Shown: positions 1 to 10,035 of the stretch, in pieces | How the letters are laid out: every line of letters starts with the position of its first letter | Numbering within the stretch: the first letter of the stretch is position 1 | NCBI GenBank assembly: GCA_965243485.1 | Contig: CBDEVP010000001.1 | Span: 5,121,835-5,185,834 of the forward strand | Direction: 5' to 3' | Length of the DNA: 64,000 bases | Origin: Cyclobacteriaceae bacterium | GTDB taxonomy: Bacteria; Bacteroidota; Bacteroidia; Cytophagales; Cyclobacteriaceae | Made by a program: the position numbers and the translations under genes | Notes under the pieces: model-generated | The model's input: the letters and a program-made list of their open reading frames with translations, nothing else | Told to the model about the DNA's origin: nothing | Databases searched by the model: none

Positions 1-731
1 ACACTTCCATCCGCCAACTCAACCAGGGATGTTTCACTCGGGACAGGTGTTGATTCCGTGTTTTCGCAAACAGTCTCGCCCGGCTGCCAGGTCTGGCCGT
101 GATCATCACTATATACGGAAACCACTATTGAAGGCCGATGACCCCGATACTCGGGCCCGAATTCTTTGGCGGTACCATCCGACAACCAAAAAGGAACGAC
201 CAGCCGGCCATTTCTAAGCTGAATACCATGACCCGGTCCGGGAGCCATCACTACCCAGGGATAAATTTCCTTAAATTTTTCTACGGAGGTGGTAATGTCC
301 TTTGGTTCCGAAAAAGACACCCCGTCATCTTCTGATTTCATGTAATAAAGCAAATTGTAGTTGGATTGGAAAAGCATGTGTATATCTCCAGTCTCATAAT
401 CCACAAAGGCCATGGGATTATCTGTTGGAAAAGTACCCATATCCGCTATCACCTGCATGTCCGCCCAGCTGTTTCCTCCGTCCTCACTACGCCTTAAAAC
501 AATATCAATGTCATCCCAGTCTCCACCTTGCCCCTTTCTACCAACGCAATAAGCCAGGATGGTCCCTTTGGAGGTCACGACTATTCCCGGAATCCTGAAA
601 GTGAGGTAGTCTGCTTCACCAGCTTTGAAAAGGTCTTGTTTGTTCAGATATGGCTCCGGATCTACAGCATTATCGCTCTTCGAATTACAGGCTAAAACGT
701 ATACAAGTAAGAGATAAATTAACTTATTCAT
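1..731 (-). CDS. exo-alpha-sialidase (GH33-like) lipoprotein, N-terminal 243 aa only; gene continues past left edge
   Basis: Open at the window edge, so absent from the ORF track. Hand translation of the minus strand from ATG 731-729 gives MNKLIYLLLVYVLACNSKSDN...ADYLTFRIPGIVVTSKGTILAY...RRSEDGGNSW...KSEDDGVSF...YSDDHGQTW. This shows a lipoprotein signal (LAC), the sialidase FRIP motif and Asp-boxes (SxDxGxxW). Plus-strand ORFs 29-598 are antisense to it. Confidence 0.85.
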   Translation of the reverse strand, partial: MNKLIYLLLVYVLACNSKSDNAVDPEPYLNKQDLFKAGEADYLTFRIPGIVVTSKGTILAYCVGRKGQGGDWDDIDIVLRRSEDGGNSWADMQVIADMGTFPTDNPMAFVDYETGDIHMLFQSNYNLLYYMKSEDDGVSFSEPKDITTSVEKFKEIYPWVVMAPGPGHGIQLRNGRLVVPFWLSDGTAKEFGPEYRGHRPSIVVSVYSDDHGQTWQPGETVCENTESTPVPSETSLVELADGS

Positions 732-1015
732 GGAGGAAAAATAAGATTTGATATGGCGCTATGTAAAGTCAGTGAACACCCCCCCAATTACATCCTTACG
801 TATGATATACCTAACAATGTCACTGTTGGGATTATAATAAACCAAAAACTACTTATTTACAATTATCAAAGATGTAAACGGGCGGTGCCACTCACTGACT
901 ATAACATGATAGCATGGAAAAACTATTATATGGTAAAGCTAACTGCTCGTAATTAATAGTAAATATTATTTATTGCTAATTATATTATGATTCTTGCTAC
1001 CTATTGTGAATCAAA

Positions 1016-2356
1016 TTACTTGTTAGCAGAGATCATGTACAATGAAGAACCATGCACCGGAAGTAAGATATCCAAGTATGTCGAGTCATGAACTGAGGTT
1101 TTACCAGACCATAAATCCCTGAGTTCTACTTTACCGGAAAAACCTACATCTTTTAGGAGTACACTGACCGGCGTGGTATCATCTTCACCCAAATTAAAAA
1201 CCGCCAAATATTTATCTTTAGATCCGGGAACATCAGCCACCCAGGCCACATGATTCCCTCGCCTGAAAAGTTGTCGGTTATTCGCACTCGATCGACCGAC
1301 TTTCAGCACTTCATCATTGACAAAAAGCCTAAAATCGTAGGTCCTGAGTTGCATTAAGTCACCACCCAGCATCAATGGGGACCTGGCAATATTCCAGAGG
1401 GTCATCAGGGTCTGCTTTTCATCCATGGTGAATTCTGATTCCCGTTCCGGACCCTTTGGTCCCCTTCTGGATAACCTGCCGATCGGGATCATGTCGGCAT
1501 CCGGCCAATGGCCCGGACCAATGTGAGCTTCCCACTTGTGGGTGAGTTCAAACATTTCTTTCAGATCCTCCCAGCGGTCCCAAAAATCAGCTGAAATCCG
1601 CCACAGATGAGCATTTTCTTTTAAGACATCTGCCTTTTCGATGGGGGTGGTTGCTCCGTGAGATAAACTTAAAACCATCGGACGGCCTGCATTTTCAATG
1701 GCTTTTCTCACGCCAACAATTTCCGCTTCCCAAAATGGACTGAGGATATCATCCACTTTCACATAATCTACATCCCAGCTGGCATACAATTCCCAGAGTG
1801 AATTGTAGTATTCCTGTGCACCCGGTTTGCTCATGTCAACCCCGTACATTTGATTAAGCCAGCCGCAGGTACTGGATTTATCTGCGATCTGGTCAGCGGT
1901 ATACTTTGTTCCTTTGATAGGTAATTTTTTAGCCACCGCTTCTCTGGGGATCCCTCTCATGACATGAATGCCAAATTTCAAGCCAAGTGCATGCACATAA
2001 TCAGCCAGGGGCTTAAAACCATTTTGATTCATTGCACTTGGAAATTTCACCGGGGCCGGAAGCAGCCTACCGTACTCATCCATTACCAGATTAGGTTCAA
2101 AGTCGTCATCCTGAGGAGGATTATTAAGGGCTGAAAGGACCGGGTATGACCAGCAATAGTCTACCACGATGTACTCCCAACCGTGCTTTTTCAGAAGACC
2201 AGCCATTACTTCGGCATTTCCTTTAACTTCCTCCTCCAAAACGGCAGCACCGAAACAATCGTAACTGTTCCAACCCATGGGAGGAGTCTCTGCCAGCTGC
2301 TGTCCGTGTAGGGAAATGATTAAGCAAAAAGTGAGTGTGCTAATGAGTGTTTTCAT
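1016..2356 (-). CDS. GH27-like alpha-galactosidase / alpha-N-acetylgalactosaminidase family protein, secreted
   Basis: 446-aa ORF with an N-terminal signal peptide. PPMGWNSYDCFG, YIVVDYCW and DYVKVDD blocks resemble the GH27 blocks PPMGWNSW / IDDCW / LKYDNC. Confidence 0.7.
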   Translation of the reverse strand: MKTLISTLTFCLIISLHGQQLAETPPMGWNSYDCFGAAVLEEEVKGNAEVMAGLLKKHGWEYIVVDYCWSYPVLSALNNPPQDDDFEPNLVMDEYGRLLPAPVKFPSAMNQNGFKPLADYVHALGLKFGIHVMRGIPREAVAKKLPIKGTKYTADQIADKSSTCGWLNQMYGVDMSKPGAQEYYNSLWELYASWDVDYVKVDDILSPFWEAEIVGVRKAIENAGRPMVLSLSHGATTPIEKADVLKENAHLWRISADFWDRWEDLKEMFELTHKWEAHIGPGHWPDADMIPIGRLSRRGPKGPERESEFTMDEKQTLMTLWNIARSPLMLGGDLMQLRTYDFRLFVNDEVLKVGRSSANNRQLFRRGNHVAWVADVPGSKDKYLAVFNLGEDDTTPVSVLLKDVGFSGKVELRDLWSGKTSVHDSTYLDILLPVHGSSLYMISANK

Positions 2357-2395
2357 ATCAGTTCGGTTTAATTTTTAATAGGAATTCGATGTAGT

Positions 2396-2431
2396 AAAAC
2401 AGAAAACCCGTCATTCAATGGCATGAGGGTT
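2396..2431 (-). terminator. candidate rho-independent terminator after the GH36-like gene
   Basis: On the minus strand, AACCCTCAT..(loop)..ATGACGGGTT (about 9 bp stem with one bulge) is followed by TTTTCTGTTTT. It lies about 100 nt downstream of the stop at 2531. Confidence 0.45.
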
Positions 2432-2530
2432 AATTTGTGTTTTGTATTTATAATAAATGTATTTTTTACACTAATTAATAAAACTGTACTATCCTCCGTT
2501 GTATTAATCATCTTTGAAATTCAGATTTTA

Positions 2531-5131
2531 CTAATTAATTGATGTAATAGTTATTTCCTCCGGATGCGAAGACACCACAGATATGTAGTAGGCTGATCCC
2601 TTTTCTTCCATGGTAATTTTAATGGAAGAGTCTGCCTCCCAGGATGGTGTACCTGCAGACTTGTCCCACTTAATCATTTGCTTCCCTGCAGCACCAGTTT
2701 GCCAGGTCAGTCGATCATCTTTCCAGGACAATTCATCCAGCCAGCATGTAGAACTTTGTATTGTCACCCCGGCATCCTGATTTGGGATAATAAATGCTTC
2801 ACGAGTAGATTCTGGCATGGGAAAATCAAATGGAATTGAAATTTCATTGTTTTGTATGGAGTATGCATGATTGAGGACACCCAGAACACTTTCCGCTGGC
2901 ACTGCTGCCTGATGTTCATAATTCATTGCAGAACCACTAAATCCAATCACCATCCCTGCACCAGTTTCTTCATTGATCAATTCATAGATCTCAGGAGAAT
3001 CTCCTACCCGACCGAGTACATTTGGCATGACCCCGGTGAGATCAGGTAATACCCTTTTGGCCTTCGCCACCTGTGCCCCAATCCATTCCCGATTGTCTTC
3101 CCTGGTATCCTGCAATGCTCCCCAGAATCCATGTCCGGCTATCAGCGATGTATTCACATTATACCTCATTGATTTCTCCTGAGCATGCGGATAGTTGGCA
3201 TAAGTAAACAACTCCAATGGAATAATTCCTGCATACTGATTGGGAATCGTCCGCATGGATTTTGCCCTGTAAGAAGAATAGTCATTGTATCCACTGGCGC
3301 CATTGTTCATCCAGAAAGCTTTACCCTGACTGAAAATAGCCAGCCCCGTCATCACCCGCCGGGCCTCGGTCAGGTCAATTTCAATCACAACCTCAGGATT
3401 GTAATCAGTGATCGCCTGCATGGCTTCTACCACGTATATCGGCAGGAGATACTCATAGCGGGCTCTCCTCTCCTCTTCGGTATAGGATGAAGATCCATGA
3501 TGAAGATCTGGTAATGTACTATAGAAGGTATTTATGGCATCCCATTTAAAGAATCTTACTCCCTGATCTACCAGTTTTTTACAATCTTCCACCAGGGTAT
3601 CCCTGAATGAAGACACAAAATCAAAAGCCGGATGATCCCATTGAGCTCCGATAGGATTTCCTTTTGAGTCCCGGATGACCCATTCCGGATGACGCTTAAA
3701 TCTTTCAGCGGTCGAGTCGATGCCCATGGGGGAAATCCAGGCACCCATCTTGATCCCATATTCATCAAGGACCCTCTTAATTGGTGCCAGACCATTCGGT
3801 AGCCGTTCGGGATGCGGAACCCAGACACCCTGTGCCTGCTCCCAGCCATCGTCGAGCACGAAAAGATCAATGTTCAGATCCGCTGCCCGCCTGATCTCTT
3901 CAATGATGTTTTCCTCGGTCATAAAATCCCTTAAGCCATCAAGCTTTTTAGATGAAACCCACCGCTGAGTTCCCCAGGTATTGAAATAGAACTCCGGCTT
4001 TCTTGAGGCATCATATTCACATATCCATTTCCACAGATAGTCATGGATCATTCTCCGGCTCGTGGCCTGTGTTGTATCTGAAGCAAAAGCGCTGGTGGTC
4101 CACACAGAAGCATAGGGGTGCCTGCTGTCAATCCGTTCACCATCCAGATATGCTCCCCGCAGTGCTGTGATTGCGATGCCTGTGCCAGAGACACCTGGCT
4201 GTATTCCAAATCCCAGAAAGTGAAAATCCCTGGCCTTCAACTGAAAATTGAACACTCCCCGTGTTCCTTGTGCTGCATCAAGCAAAAGCGCTTGCTGGCC
4301 CTTATCATCCGCCGAAACATTACTAATGATCCCCCTTAGGTCGTCCTGCGAGGCATGCTCGTAAGTAGAAATCCACTGGAAACCCTCGGATCGAATGATA
4401 TTGATAGGACCCTTTGTGAGTAGTGCTTCCGAATCCGGGGTCAGCGCAAATTGGTTGACCTGGGGGTGATACATGTGATTGTATGCCAGGTTATGGTCAT
4501 TGAACTTTCCATCCGTAAATCGTTCATCAAAACTGGCATGCTCATCAACATCAATCAGCTCGTTGGCAAAAGAAGCGATCCTGATCTCCTTAACGGTCAA
4601 TTCATCTTTAGTTTTCAAATGATACTGTGGGAAGATGAAATGCAGTTGATTGTCTTTCTTATTCAGTACCCTCCTTTTCCCGGAATCATTCAGAATCACC
4701 AGCTTCTCCCTTAGCAAGGTAGAGCCGGGAAAGATCTGCTGGTAAACCTCCAATTCCAATCCGGAGGCGTGGCCTTTACGGGCACTTAATCTTATTGTAA
4801 TTTCAGTACCTCCGTTTCCCATTTCCCTAAGTCTGTACCCTTCATATTGCCAGACAGGATGCAATGAACTTACCTGCTTCCCGTTTATCACAAACTCAAA
4901 ATAAGACTGAGGATCAGCAGAAAGAAGATTTAGTTCTTCATCGCCAAACCACTCAATGACTACTGGCCCCGGTTTTGTCTTCTGAACCCTGATTACTTTT
5001 TTGACACTCCCATTTGAAATATTCAGCGTACCGTTTTCATACGTGACCTGACCTTTCAGATATGATACCGGTCCTGTGAGCAAGACAAACGCAAGGATCC
5101 AGATGGGATGTGCTGCAAATGTTATCATCAT
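2531..5131 (-). CDS. GH36-like (clan GH-D) alpha-galactosidase family protein
   Basis: 866-aa ORF with a hydrophobic N-terminus. FVLDDGWEQAQG and VRFFKWDAIN blocks match the GH36 DDGW and K-x-D nucleophile regions. ATGA stop/start overlap with the upstream GH78-like gene (5128-5131). Confidence 0.6.
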   Translation of the reverse strand: MMITFAAHPIWILAFVLLTGPVSYLKGQVTYENGTLNISNGSVKKVIRVQKTKPGPVVIEWFGDEELNLLSADPQSYFEFVINGKQVSSLHPVWQYEGYRLREMGNGGTEITIRLSARKGHASGLELEVYQQIFPGSTLLREKLVILNDSGKRRVLNKKDNQLHFIFPQYHLKTKDELTVKEIRIASFANELIDVDEHASFDERFTDGKFNDHNLAYNHMYHPQVNQFALTPDSEALLTKGPINIIRSEGFQWISTYEHASQDDLRGIISNVSADDKGQQALLLDAAQGTRGVFNFQLKARDFHFLGFGIQPGVSGTGIAITALRGAYLDGERIDSRHPYASVWTTSAFASDTTQATSRRMIHDYLWKWICEYDASRKPEFYFNTWGTQRWVSSKKLDGLRDFMTEENIIEEIRRAADLNIDLFVLDDGWEQAQGVWVPHPERLPNGLAPIKRVLDEYGIKMGAWISPMGIDSTAERFKRHPEWVIRDSKGNPIGAQWDHPAFDFVSSFRDTLVEDCKKLVDQGVRFFKWDAINTFYSTLPDLHHGSSSYTEEERRARYEYLLPIYVVEAMQAITDYNPEVVIEIDLTEARRVMTGLAIFSQGKAFWMNNGASGYNDYSSYRAKSMRTIPNQYAGIIPLELFTYANYPHAQEKSMRYNVNTSLIAGHGFWGALQDTREDNREWIGAQVAKAKRVLPDLTGVMPNVLGRVGDSPEIYELINEETGAGMVIGFSGSAMNYEHQAAVPAESVLGVLNHAYSIQNNEISIPFDFPMPESTREAFIIPNQDAGVTIQSSTCWLDELSWKDDRLTWQTGAAGKQMIKWDKSAGTPSWEADSSIKITMEEKGSAYYISVVSSHPEEITITSIN

Positions 5132-7989
5132 GGATTATAAGTTGCAATAATTTCGTGAGCTCCGGCACCCAACTCAATAAACATGAACTGATCGCTTTTA
5201 CCACCGTCAGGCGAGGTAGCAGTAAGTTTGTTCAAGGCCTGTTCGTCGTCAATGAGCACGTCCTTAAAAACTCTGCTAGCTCTTACAGGAATGCCGGCAA
5301 TGCAGGTACTACCTTCAGGCACAGTTATGGACATGGTGAAGCTATCCTCCTTGTCCTTAAAGGTACAGCTAATCAATCCCATGGGAGAAGGGACGGCAGT
5401 TTCAATTTCTTTTAATCCCCCCATCCTTGGCAGGACCTGAAATTCCTTGTATGCTGGAAGTATCGGTTCTACTCCTGCTGCATATTGAGATAGCAGGATC
5501 AACGGACCGCCCGACCAGCTATGGTTGATGGTTCCTCCACCATAGCCGGCATTGCCGACGCCCCAACCTTCAAGCAGGGTAGCATACGGAGCATCTACCA
5601 TGACCTCAAATCTTTTTTTCATCCGGTTGATGGCCTGCTCAGGCATATTCATAAGATATAAGGCTTCCAGAACATATTTTTCGGTGTATGGACTGGCATA
5701 CATTTGCCTGCTCAAGACATCTGATATGGCCGGATACTTGTCAGCTTCTGCGATACCGGCAATCACGGCGAGGCCATGCCCCCGGTCATCGGTCTCCCCC
5801 TCATGCTCCGGACTTCGATATGCTTTACCATTCCAAAACCGGTCGTTTACTCCCTTCTTGATGGATGCAATTCGCTCTTCGTAGAAAGAAATATCCTGTT
5901 GATTGCCTACCAATTTTGCCATGGATAAAGCTCCTTTCAGGGCCAGGGTGTAATAGCAATTGTCCAGCATCCGGACATCTTTCTCAAAACCCCAGTCGCC
6001 CCAGTCCCAGTCTCCCGATCGGTGCTTCACCAGACCATGATCATCCATTTCCCATTTTTCCAGATAAGGCCTGATGGATGGGTAAGCATACCTGATGGTG
6101 GCAGTATCCCCCGTGTGAAGAAAATAATTCCAGAAACCGTAGTGGCCAATGCTCATGAGCATCTGTCCGGGCAGCTCGGCATCCCATTTACCTCCGGGTA
6201 CCGGTGAATAAAAAGTACCATCCGGTTTTCTCCAGTTTACCAGCTCGTAAATGGCTTTTTTGCTCAAAGAGTCAGCCACCCTGTCCAGGGCATAGAAGGT
6301 CTGCCCGATCTCAATCACGGCATCCCCCCACCATTGCGCCCTTTCACGATCCGGGCAGTCGTAGTAGGTATCGCGCATACACACCTGCAGGGTACGCAGG
6401 GATTTATCCCAAAGGATATTGAGAAAGGGGTCATCGCTCCTAAAATATCCTGTTACTGGTGCATCAAAAGCTGTTTCGCGGTATCTCACTTCGATATCTG
6501 CAATTTCTTTTGGAATGGCGTATTTCACATAATGACCGTTGAACCACGCCAGAGCCTCAAAGGACTGTGCTCCGTCTTTGGTGATATATTCTGTGCGGAT
6601 GTTATTTTCGCTGCCTCCTACATAGTTATCAGTTCTGATGTCAATCAGCAACCCTGCCCTGGTGTTGGTGCGCAAATAAGGAGTGACGTGCGCATTGGTC
6701 GGCAATTGGGCAATGATCGTATCATAATTGCCCTGTCCCTCGACCCTTTCCGTAGAAACATACGCTCTCAATCCGGAATCCGACCAAAGGGGTATGGATC
6801 GTTTCACCAGGTGATTCCAGGGTGCTGTGGGTGGTGTTCCATAGGTAGCGCAACTATTCCAATCTGAATCATCAAAATCAGGAAAGATCCAGTCCTCTGA
6901 TCCTCTTGAAGCATCATAACGGATGTTGTATTCTGCCAAACGGTAATTCGGGTGTGGTGCTTCGGTCTCTCCATACGATGGATGCCGGCTGATCTTCCAG
7001 GAGTCGTCCGAAATGAATCGATCTTGCCCTCCGTCCATCTGAAAGATAAATCCCGGGATCCCACTGTTGTTGTGACTAAAACTGCTCCTCCCCCAGTGCC
7101 ATACCAGTACAGCGATCGTATTTTTTCCTGCCTCCAGGTATGGGGCCAGGTCAGTCTCATCGTAGTAGGTATCTTGTGGTGTGGGGCCACGTTTTAAACC
7201 TCCTTCAAATATGACAAGCTTTCCGTTAATCCATAACCAGTACTTAGAGTCGACCGCAATTTTTGTGATGGCTGCTTCTGGCTTCTTTTCAAGGTCAACA
7301 ACTTTCCTCAGCCGATACCAGGTGTTTGCATATGGATCATGTCCATCCCAGGTGGCCAATCCTTTGACATCTAGCATTTCAGCCCTACTCCATTCACTAT
7401 CATCAAATGTGGCACTGGTCCAACCTTGCTGCTCTTTGGCAGAAACATTCCAGGAGTCATCAGTGACCAGCACTTGCTCACTCCCCTTTTTATTTTTGAT
7501 TTCGACCTTTGCAATTAAACCGGCAGGACTGTTTCCGGGGCCACGGTTATTCGTGTGTTGAATGGGAACATTTTCCGCTTTGATAGCGATCAGGTTGGAG
7601 CCGGATTTCAGCAACTTAGAAAAATCAAATGTGCTTACTTCTCTCCACTCGGTGTTTTCACCAACTAACTCTCCATTGACCCAGAGGGTAAAGGCATTGT
7701 CTGAAGTCAACGTGATCTGCGCTGTCTCATAAGTCCCCTCCTCAAGCGAAAATTGCTTTCGGAAATAAGCAGGTATTTCCCTGGCCTGATTGGCGGCATT
7801 GGAACGGCTATTAGGTAACCAGATCCAGGAAACCTCTTTAAGCAACTCAGCAGATTCAGGTAAGGGAATTTCTTCCTGACCAATCCATTGAGCCGTCCAT
7901 TCGGCTTCCTCCTTTGCTTTCTGACAGGAAAAAAAGAGAGCTACCAGGTGAGCAACGATTATTAACCTCTTCAAATATCTTCTAATCAT
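5128..7989 (-). CDS. alpha-L-rhamnosidase-like (GH78-like) lipoprotein
   Basis: 953-aa ORF with a lipoprotein signal (LFFSC). Two N-terminal beta-sandwich blocks of the rhamnosidase type (FTLWVNGELVGE, YWLWINGKLVIFEG). Six-hairpin hallmark YYDCPDRERAQWWGDAV. Confidence 0.65.
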   Translation of the reverse strand: MIRRYLKRLIIVAHLVALFFSCQKAKEEAEWTAQWIGQEEIPLPESAELLKEVSWIWLPNSRSNAANQAREIPAYFRKQFSLEEGTYETAQITLTSDNAFTLWVNGELVGENTEWREVSTFDFSKLLKSGSNLIAIKAENVPIQHTNNRGPGNSPAGLIAKVEIKNKKGSEQVLVTDDSWNVSAKEQQGWTSATFDDSEWSRAEMLDVKGLATWDGHDPYANTWYRLRKVVDLEKKPEAAITKIAVDSKYWLWINGKLVIFEGGLKRGPTPQDTYYDETDLAPYLEAGKNTIAVLVWHWGRSSFSHNNSGIPGFIFQMDGGQDRFISDDSWKISRHPSYGETEAPHPNYRLAEYNIRYDASRGSEDWIFPDFDDSDWNSCATYGTPPTAPWNHLVKRSIPLWSDSGLRAYVSTERVEGQGNYDTIIAQLPTNAHVTPYLRTNTRAGLLIDIRTDNYVGGSENNIRTEYITKDGAQSFEALAWFNGHYVKYAIPKEIADIEVRYRETAFDAPVTGYFRSDDPFLNILWDKSLRTLQVCMRDTYYDCPDRERAQWWGDAVIEIGQTFYALDRVADSLSKKAIYELVNWRKPDGTFYSPVPGGKWDAELPGQMLMSIGHYGFWNYFLHTGDTATIRYAYPSIRPYLEKWEMDDHGLVKHRSGDWDWGDWGFEKDVRMLDNCYYTLALKGALSMAKLVGNQQDISFYEERIASIKKGVNDRFWNGKAYRSPEHEGETDDRGHGLAVIAGIAEADKYPAISDVLSRQMYASPYTEKYVLEALYLMNMPEQAINRMKKRFEVMVDAPYATLLEGWGVGNAGYGGGTINHSWSGGPLILLSQYAAGVEPILPAYKEFQVLPRMGGLKEIETAVPSPMGLISCTFKDKEDSFTMSITVPEGSTCIAGIPVRASRVFKDVLIDDEQALNKLTATSPDGGKSDQFMFIELGAGAHEIIATYNP

Positions 7990-7995
7990 CTTACT

Positions 7996-9243
7996 CTACT
8001 TATTTCCAAATACTTTCTCAACTGCCTCAAGGTAGCCATAACCCCACCGCATGTCCGGTTCAAGGTAACTGCCCTCCACCCATTCATTCCATGAGTTGAT
8101 GGTGATCATTGGATATTGATCTGGTCTTTCATCAACATACTGTTTTGCTTTCATCAGAAAAGCCTCAAAACTTTTAGGGTTGGTATTTAATGCAATGCCT
8201 TTCTTCTCAACAAAACGAGGATTATTATCCCATCCGATCGACACGTTCATATAGTATGGTATATTCATGGCACTGTCGATTTTGAGCAGATCCTCCCACG
8301 CCTCCATACCCCACTGCACATAGTCTTTTCCAGGAGGTTTTCCCAGACCCGCATGATGAACCCAAACATAGCTGGTGATACTGTTCGCATTGATAGACTT
8401 AATAGCTTCGTACAAATTGTACTTCTTATTTGGCCGATCTACACCTGAAATATCCTTGACCAGCCAGTTTCTGGAGGTAACCTGGATATGTAACCCGGGA
8501 AAACCTGCTTCTACTACCTTGTCCCTGAAATACTGAATAGCTTCAATCGTAGGCTCCACACCACCTAATCCGTCAAGCAAATTATCAAGATGATAGATAC
8601 TGAAAACCGGTTTCCCGTCAATTTTGAAATATGATGGGTGCTTAAAATACTTTTCAATAAATCTGTCGACCAACTTATCAAATATGGGCCGACTCACTGC
8701 CCCCGGCCAGATCACTACCTGATCGTGAGATCTTTCAATATCCCATGAAGTATTAGCATCATGATTGGCCCACATCAGGTAAAACTTCATTAGATGGTTA
8801 TTCTTTGCCTTAAGAAATCCTTCATTCAATGCCTCCTCCAGATATGGCTGATCCTCAAACCAATACCAATCATAGATAAAGACATCCACCCCATATTTGT
8901 GAGCGGTTTCAATTTTCATCTCCATCACCTTGGGATCATTCTCATAAACATGGCCCCATAAAGGCTGGCGTGGTTGATCGTGTCCTTCCCATTTGGGCAC
9001 AGCATTGTAAATCCGTTCCCATTCCCCGTCATCTCCCCTGTAGAATTCCTTCATTCGAGGTTCAGGATGGTAGGCAGGCCATACATAAGCAGCAATGGTA
9101 TAGGGGTCATCTTTCTCCACTTTGTCCTGTTCAGGACCCTGAGAAACCTGACCTCCTGTGCACCCAATCACCAGTAAAGAAATGATGAATAATTGAAAGA
9201 GCACATTTATGCTTTTACCTTTAGCTAATCTGTCTTTATTCAT
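7996..9243 (-). CDS. WbsX-like (Glyco_tran_WbsX-type TIM barrel) exported lipoprotein, probable glycoside hydrolase
   Basis: 415-aa ORF with a lipoprotein signal (LVIGC). Blocks HDQPRQPLWGHVYENDP, YGVDVFIYDWYWF, LMWANHDANTSW and INSWNEWVEGSYLEPD resemble the WbsX family pattern as I remember it. Confidence 0.55.
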   Translation of the reverse strand: MNKDRLAKGKSINVLFQLFIISLLVIGCTGGQVSQGPEQDKVEKDDPYTIAAYVWPAYHPEPRMKEFYRGDDGEWERIYNAVPKWEGHDQPRQPLWGHVYENDPKVMEMKIETAHKYGVDVFIYDWYWFEDQPYLEEALNEGFLKAKNNHLMKFYLMWANHDANTSWDIERSHDQVVIWPGAVSRPIFDKLVDRFIEKYFKHPSYFKIDGKPVFSIYHLDNLLDGLGGVEPTIEAIQYFRDKVVEAGFPGLHIQVTSRNWLVKDISGVDRPNKKYNLYEAIKSINANSITSYVWVHHAGLGKPPGKDYVQWGMEAWEDLLKIDSAMNIPYYMNVSIGWDNNPRFVEKKGIALNTNPKSFEAFLMKAKQYVDERPDQYPMITINSWNEWVEGSYLEPDMRWGYGYLEAVEKVFGNK

Positions 9244-9438
9244 TTGAGATAATAATTAGTTGTTTAATGGAATGAAGGCCAGACCTACACTTTTCGATTC
9301 TCTCATTGCTCAAATTCCTCACTTTCAAATTTTTATGCTGGTTGAAAGATCCATTCTTTGCTTGCAAACTATGAACAAAGACCCTTTCGAAATGAGCGTA
9401 TGGCCTGGAATTCATTCAAATTAGTTTTTAGCCTCCGG

Positions 9439-9891
9439 TCACCAGAATTTAACCTTTATGACAATTTTCTTCACTTTTTCAGATTGGTCATAAATCACCC
9501 GGGGCTGATGTGCATCACCCGGGAAATAAACAGCAAACATGCCGGCAGTGAATCTTGTATAATCCGGAGTGGTATCAAATAATTCGTAGTCTTCTTCGCT
9601 CACATAGGCTTTGTATACTTTCAAAGAAGTCTTTGGAACAAATCCCATTGATTCCTTTCCAGCGACCAGGTACTGAACATCGATATATTGCCTGTGAGCT
9701 TCGGGATAGCTTTCGGAAGATGCGATGGTCTGATATGCCTGTACCATGGCGTAGATGTCTTCCCCCTGGATCTCATAACGCCCCACATTGAGTTTGGCAA
9801 GATCATTCTCCATGAGCCATTTCAGAGATCTTTCGATCCTGGGATGGACTCCAAAATATAAGTGAGCATTAGATAGCTGGTCGATAATCAT
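9439..9891 (-). CDS. YhcH/YjgK/YiaL (DUF386) family protein, NanQ-like sialic acid anomerase candidate
   Basis: 150-aa cytoplasmic ORF. The N-terminus MIIDQLSNAHLYFGVHPRIERSLKWL...GRYEIQGEDIYAMVQAYQT is typical of the EbgC/YhcH cupin family, which sits in nan operons in enterobacteria. Confidence 0.7.
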   Translation of the reverse strand: MIIDQLSNAHLYFGVHPRIERSLKWLMENDLAKLNVGRYEIQGEDIYAMVQAYQTIASSESYPEAHRQYIDVQYLVAGKESMGFVPKTSLKVYKAYVSEEDYELFDTTPDYTRFTAGMFAVYFPGDAHQPRVIYDQSEKVKKIVIKVKFW

Positions 9892-10035
9892 CTGTAAACG
9901 TAATCAGACAAATCTATTTTTATATCTGACAAAATAAATTGCATTAATTGCTCATTTTATTTTGATTATTGCTATGATTGATGACGTGACCAAATGGTAA
10001 TTATCTTTCTATCATAGTTTCTAAATTCATTATAG

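Noticed and set aside
29-598. Three plus-strand ORFs (62-98 aa) at the left edge.
   Set aside because: They are antisense to a minus-strand reading frame that stays open from 731 to the window edge. That frame carries unmistakable sialidase motifs (FRIP, Asp-boxes). The plus-strand products are low-complexity with no recognisable motif.
6334-6867. A 177-aa plus-strand ORF. Similar long antisense ORFs lie at 13278-13778, 30205-30759, 59767-60273 and 56185-56622.
   Set aside because: Each lies entirely inside, and antisense to, a gene with clear family motifs. The translations are Arg/Ser/Cys-rich with no domain signature. They are typical shadow ORFs.
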